NCBI GenBank assembly: GCA_900315885.1
Contig: ONAT01000005.1
Coordinates: 1,068-65,067, forward strand
Origin: an uncultured Erysipelotrichaceae bacterium
GTDB taxonomy: Bacteria; Bacillota_I; Bacilli_A; RFN20; CAG-826
Direction: 5' to 3'
Length of the DNA: 64,000 nucleotides
Notes under the pieces: generated by a model
Told to the model about the DNA's origin: nothing
What the model saw: the letters and a program-made list of their open reading frames with translations, nothing else
Database searches by the model: none
Translations under genes and position numbers: made by a program
In this document: piece by piece, positions 59,768-64,000 of the stretch
Layout: the number at the start of each line of letters is the position of its first letter
Position numbering within the stretch: the first letter of the stretch is position 1

Positions 59768-59879
59768 TTTTACCACCTCGCAGTTATTATACCATGTTGA
59801 CACCAAATTATAAAAGACTTTGGTGTCATTTTGGCACTTTTTAATATTTGTAAGAGTGACAATTTTGCACTTTGGCTAA

Positions 59880-59908
59880 TAAAAAAGCCTGATAGCATGT
59901 ATCAGACT
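59880..59908 (-). terminator. Terminator downstream of tRNA-Ser(CGA)
   Basis: Minus strand AGTCTGATA-catgc-TATCAGGCTTTTTT. Confidence 0.75.
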
Positions 59909-59920
59909 ACTCTATTATTA

Positions 59921-60011
59921 TGGCGGAGAAAGGGGGATTTGAACCCCCGCTAGACTTGCATCTACTGCTAGTTTTCGAAACTAGTCCCTTCAACCACTTG
60001 GGTATTTCTCC
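59921..60011 (-). tRNA. tRNA-Ser (anticodon CGA)
   Basis: Reverse complement GGAGAAATACCCAAGTGGTTGAAGGGACTAGTTT-CGA-AAACTAGC...GGTTCAAATCCCCCTTTCTCCGCCA. Confidence 0.97.
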
Positions 60012-60129
60012 AATACGAGTAGTATTATAACATAAATAAAATAAAAATTGAGCATAAATCTTATTAGGTGTATAATTAATTTAATATCAATATTATTTGA
60101 GGGATAAAATAAGGGTGGTGACTACTATC

Positions 60130-61122
60130 ATGCTTGATATAGATGAGGGCGCAAGCATTATAGACAATAAACTTAATGTTTTAAAAGGCGAAGTGAATAA
60201 TAAAATTAAAGATTTAGCAAAAATTAAAATATTAGTTCATGAAATTAAAGGTCTATTTGGACTATATTCAATGAAGAATGAATTTGATTCTTTTGCAACG
60301 ATTGAAAAATTAGTTTATAAAGGCAATTATATAGGTGCATTTAAATTAATAAAAAGTTTTAGTCGGAAGAAGGGGGCTAGTGGCACTAAGTGTAGCATTG
60401 AGTGTAAAGATACATACTTTTATAAGTTGATTTTTCATTACACAACAATGGAAAAGTTTGAATATTTTTTGCAATGTGTTGAAAATATAGCAACGGTATT
60501 AAGTTCTAAAAGACAAAACGGAAATATTATTGTATTTATCGCTTCGAATTATCCGATAAGCCAAGTTAAACTATTATGTAAATCAATTTGTAAAGTAAAA
60601 TATAAACATCTTTTATTCATACCAAGAAACAATTATTTATCACGTGTTGTCTATAATGATGAGTACGTTAATAATAGTTTTTTGGATATTTTTTTATATG
60701 AGTGTTGTAATAATATTTCGAATATCGCTGGTAAGAAGTATAATTTTGATTTTAAATCAAATAAGTTTTTAATTAAGAGAAAATTTATATATGATTATTC
60801 AATTGTCTTGCTAGAAATAGTAAAAAATGCTTTTGCTCATAGTGGTAGAATCAATAATTATTTACGTTTTTCTATCAAATTAAAGAATAATGAGTTGATA
60901 GTTAAAACGTTTAATCGTGGTAAAAAAATATCAAGAAAATCTGCGAAAAAACTATTTGACCAATATTATTCTACTTCGGATTTAACAAAGATAAGTGGTA
61001 ATGGTATTGGTTTATATGATGTAAAGCAAATTTTAGAAAGAAATGGTGGAAGTATTAACTATAAAAATAAGCTTACTGGTGTGTGCTTTACATTACGTTT
61101 TCCAATAGACAAGTATTTGTAA
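60130..61122 (+). CDS. Divergent CheA-like kinase (HPt + HATPase_c, no CheW domain)
   Basis: HPt 'VHEIKG'; 'EIVKNAFAHS'; 'YYSTSDLTKISGNGIGL'. Confidence 0.65.
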   Translation: MLDIDEGASIIDNKLNVLKGEVNNKIKDLAKIKILVHEIKGLFGLYSMKNEFDSFATIEKLVYKGNYIGAFKLIKSFSRKKGASGTKCSIECKDTYFYKLIFHYTTMEKFEYFLQCVENIATVLSSKRQNGNIIVFIASNYPISQVKLLCKSICKVKYKHLLFIPRNNYLSRVVYNDEYVNNSFLDIFLYECCNNISNIAGKKYNFDFKSNKFLIKRKFIYDYSIVLLEIVKNAFAHSGRINNYLRFSIKLKNNELIVKTFNRGKKISRKSAKKLFDQYYSTSDLTKISGNGIGLYDVKQILERNGGSINYKNKLTGVCFTLRFPIDKYL

Positions 61123-61183
61123 AATACTTAATCAAAAAAAACCTACTTTATTTAATTACACATCAAGTATATAATATTAGCAG

Positions 61184-63010
61184 GTGATTTATGTGTATAT
61201 GACTTGTCTTTCTAAGATATATTATTTGACAATCATGATTAACTCTTTTGCAAAAGAAGTTACTAACAAGTATGATCATATATTCACGCTTTTGTTTGTT
61301 TTGCTTGCAATTGCGCTTTTTGCTGTTATTGTAATTTATTATTTCTTAGCAAAAAATAGTAAAAAATTCGACCCCGCTCGTAGCCTTGATTTGGCTAAAA
61401 ATACAACAAGAGTTTTTACCATTGATGTAAAAAATGGCATGGTCAAATATTTTGATAAAGCAGACATATCTAATCAACACGAAATTACATTCCAAGTTTT
61501 TCTTAATCAATTTGTTTTACAAGAAAGAATGCGAATTGAAAAATGGATTGGGGAATTATTATCTGCTAAGAAAAACGTTAGTGATTATTTAGAAGCAGAT
61601 GTAATTGTTGAAAAAGATCGCCGCAGTTATTATTCTTTTCTTCAAGTTCAAAAGATTGATAAAAAGAGCAAAATAATACATATTGAAAGTTATATTATGC
61701 GTTATTTGGATGTTAAAGATTATGGTAATCGTAAGAAAAAGGTAAGATACAATGTTACAAACATTGAGCAAATGGTTACTATTGATAACATTAAAGATAA
61801 AAATAAAGGCTCATTTATCTTTGTCTCTTTACGCAATACCAAGATTCAAGATGAAGATAATGATAAAGTAGATTCGCTCTTCTTTACAAATATTAAGAAT
61901 ATAGTTACACCGTTATTAGATAATAGCGCTTCATTAGCGGAATATTCTCAATCATCATTTACAATTTTTTATCCAGGAATTAGTTCGAGAAGAAATTTGC
62001 TTCGCTTAATGCATAGTATCTCTAATGTTATTACAAAATATTTAAAGATCAATTCCTATAGTGATAAATATGTTTATTCAATAACTGGCTGTTTGTTATC
62101 TAATGATAATTGTTCTTACAAACAATTAGTTAGAGCTACTAAATCTATTTCTCTTGCGGCAATGTCACATGAAAATCACGTTATGTTATATGATGAAAAC
62201 GCTAATACGACAAGTGATGTTGAATCTTCTTATGAAACAGAATTTAAGTCATTTATTGAAAAGAAAGACTTTGCGATTATGTTCCAACCAATTGTAAATA
62301 TCAAAAACGGCTCGATTTTTGCTTATTCATCAACAATTGTATGTAATAATACATTATTTAGTGATGCTCTTGAATTAAAACAATACGCGTTTAAAGTCGG
62401 AAAAAGTAAAGACTTGTTTGCTTTGTTTAATAAGAAAATTCTTGCGCGATATCGTAATGAGAATATTAGCAATTCTAAACTCATCTATCATGTCTCTGTC
62501 CTAGAAAGAGATTATATCTTAAAGAGTTTATCACACACCACAAGTGTTGATGCAAAGAATATTATTTTTGCTTTTGAAGAAGAAGAACTCTCTGAGTGGC
62601 TTCAAGAAGAAAATGAAATTATTGAGTCTTTAGAGAATCTAAAGGAATATGGGTTCTCTATAGCCTTGATGCTTAATCGTAAACAAATTATGCTAACAGA
62701 TGAAATTATGAATTTGTTTGATTACTACATTATTTCAAGTGAATTATCACGTGAATGTAGTAAAGTTGGCCGTTCTATTTTAATGATTCATGGTATCTTA
62801 GATGTCATTGAAAAATACAAGAAAGATATCATTGCTTATGAACTAAATGCGATGGCGGCGATATACTTATTTGCTAAATTAGGTATTAAGTATATGTCAA
62901 GTAATTTAATATGTCCTGCTGATGAAATGATTTTGCCAGTTGATAAAAAACGACTTAACAAAATTGTCGAACAGGTCAACGATAAAAAAAGAAATGCAGA
63001 TAAAAAGTAG
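61184..63010 (+). CDS. Membrane-anchored degenerate GGDEF/EAL protein
   Basis: TM, then EAL-fold start 'FAIMFQPIVNIKNGSIFAY' and 'LKEYGFSIAL'; no EAL or GGDEF motif. Confidence 0.65.
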   Translation: MIYVYMTCLSKIYYLTIMINSFAKEVTNKYDHIFTLLFVLLAIALFAVIVIYYFLAKNSKKFDPARSLDLAKNTTRVFTIDVKNGMVKYFDKADISNQHEITFQVFLNQFVLQERMRIEKWIGELLSAKKNVSDYLEADVIVEKDRRSYYSFLQVQKIDKKSKIIHIESYIMRYLDVKDYGNRKKKVRYNVTNIEQMVTIDNIKDKNKGSFIFVSLRNTKIQDEDNDKVDSLFFTNIKNIVTPLLDNSASLAEYSQSSFTIFYPGISSRRNLLRLMHSISNVITKYLKINSYSDKYVYSITGCLLSNDNCSYKQLVRATKSISLAAMSHENHVMLYDENANTTSDVESSYETEFKSFIEKKDFAIMFQPIVNIKNGSIFAYSSTIVCNNTLFSDALELKQYAFKVGKSKDLFALFNKKILARYRNENISNSKLIYHVSVLERDYILKSLSHTTSVDAKNIIFAFEEEELSEWLQEENEIIESLENLKEYGFSIALMLNRKQIMLTDEIMNLFDYYIISSELSRECSKVGRSILMIHGILDVIEKYKKDIIAYELNAMAAIYLFAKLGIKYMSSNLICPADEMILPVDKKRLNKIVEQVNDKKRNADKK

Positions 63011-63022
63011 GAGTGGAGTTTT

Positions 63023-64000
63023 ATGGAAAAACAATTAAAAAATGATGCAATTACATCACGTGATGTAGACTTTGCGCAATGGTATACAGATGTATGCCGT
63101 AAAGCAGAATTAATGGATTATTCATCCGTTAAAGGATTTATTATTTATCGTCCTTATGGCTACGCAATTTGGGAACAAATTCAAAAACATTTGGATGAAA
63201 AATTCAAAGCAACAGGACACGAAAATGTCTATATGCCAATGGTTATACCAGAATCATTGTTTCAAAAAGAAAAAGACCATGTTGAGGGTTTTGCACCAGA
63301 ATGTGCAATTATCACTATCGGTGGTAAAAATAAGTTAGATGATCCTTTAATTGTCCGTCCAACTAGTGAAACATTGTTCTGTGAACACTTTGCAAAAGTC
63401 GTCTCATCTTATCGTGATTTACCAAAGAAATATAATCAATGGTGTTCAGTTGTAAGATGGGAAAAAACAACTAGACCTTTCTTACGTGGCTCAGAATTCT
63501 TATGGCAAGAAGGACACACAATTCATCGTACAAAAGATGAAGCAAAACATGAGACATTAATGATGTTAGATGTTTATAACGCAATGGGTAAAGATTTACT
63601 TGCTATCCCATTTGTTACTGGTCAAAAGACTGAAAAAGAAAAGTTTGCTGGCGCAGAAGAAACTTACACTGTCGAAGCTTTGATGCACGATGGTAAAGCA
63701 TTACAAAGTGGAACTACCCATTATTTTGGTGATGGATTTGCCAAAGCGTTTGGTATCACATTCCAAGATCAAGATGGAAAAGTTAAAAATGTATATCAAA
63801 CTTCTTGGGGCGTTTCAACTCGTTTAATTGGCGCGATCATCATGGTTCATGGTGACGATAATGGTTTAGTATTACCACCTTATGTAGCACCTATTCAAGT
63901 GGTAATTGTTCCAATTCAACAAGCAAAACCAGGAATTATGAACAAATGTCACGAATTAAAAGAGCGTTTAGAAAAAATGAATTTACGTGTTAAATTAGAT
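63023..64000 (+). CDS. proS: Prolyl-tRNA synthetase (archaeal/eukaryal type), runs off window end
   Basis: Hand translation [21 protein letters not shown]...RPYGYAIWE...[12 protein letters not shown]...RPTSE...RWE...EFLWQEGHT...TSWGVSTR. Confidence 0.96.
   Translation, partial: MEKQLKNDAITSRDVDFAQWYTDVCRKAELMDYSSVKGFIIYRPYGYAIWEQIQKHLDEKFKATGHENVYMPMVIPESLFQKEKDHVEGFAPECAIITIGGKNKLDDPLIVRPTSETLFCEHFAKVVSSYRDLPKKYNQWCSVVRWEKTTRPFLRGSEFLWQEGHTIHRTKDEAKHETLMMLDVYNAMGKDLLAIPFVTGQKTEKEKFAGAEETYTVEALMHDGKALQSGTTHYFGDGFAKAFGITFQDQDGKVKNVYQTSWGVSTRLIGAIIMVHGDDNGLVLPPYVAPIQVVIVPIQQAKPGIMNKCHELKERLEKMNLRVKLD

Noticed and set aside
63156-63338. 60-aa ORF
   Set aside because: Alternate frame inside proS
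1-64000. CRISPR array, rRNA, intact integrase/transposase, reverse transcriptase
   Set aside because: None seen; the only long repeats are coding repeats in the 55866 lipoprotein

Overview
Low-GC chromosomal segment from a Bacilli-type bacterium. The compact Bacillus-like synteny and Mollicute-like surface proteins suggest an uncultured gut lineage such as RF39/RFN20 (inference). The genetic code is standard: TGA is used as a stop. The core backbone is rluD-like synthase, three unknown genes, phosphomutase, Cof HAD, trpS, spx, CYTH, NAD kinase, maf, rnj, def, ylbD-ylbE-ylbF-rsmD-coaD-ylbJ, fakA-plsX-fakB and proS. It carries several spore-coat or sporulation genes with sigmaK/sigmaE-like promoters and a candidate minimal CsfG-like sRNA. 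There are five accessory regions. (1) A GC-richer TetR + ABC-exporter island 3' of tRNA-Ser(GGA), interrupted by a decayed small-gene module. (2) A 7.1-kb large-serine-recombinase element carrying ktrB-ktrA-kdpD-kdpE, inserted at a CG dinucleotide inside the phosphomutase terminator; attP and attB can be reconstructed. (3) A secreted cysteine-peptidase-like gene broken by one TGA, followed by a small lipoprotein-like gene. (4) A 16-kb cre/LacI-controlled locus with an ABC importer, nucleoside hydrolase, ribokinase, two beta-propeller glycosidase-like lipoproteins and two surface proteins sharing five copies of an unrecognised CBM-like domain. This is the best candidate for an undescribed system: Gram-positive scavenging of ribose-containing glycans. 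(5) An HTH-MNT/HEPN toxin-antitoxin pair and a RhuM-Fic relic 3' of tRNA-Ser(CGA). An orphan mini-CheA and a degenerate GGDEF-EAL protein precede proS. All calls are by eye from motifs; no database searches were run.
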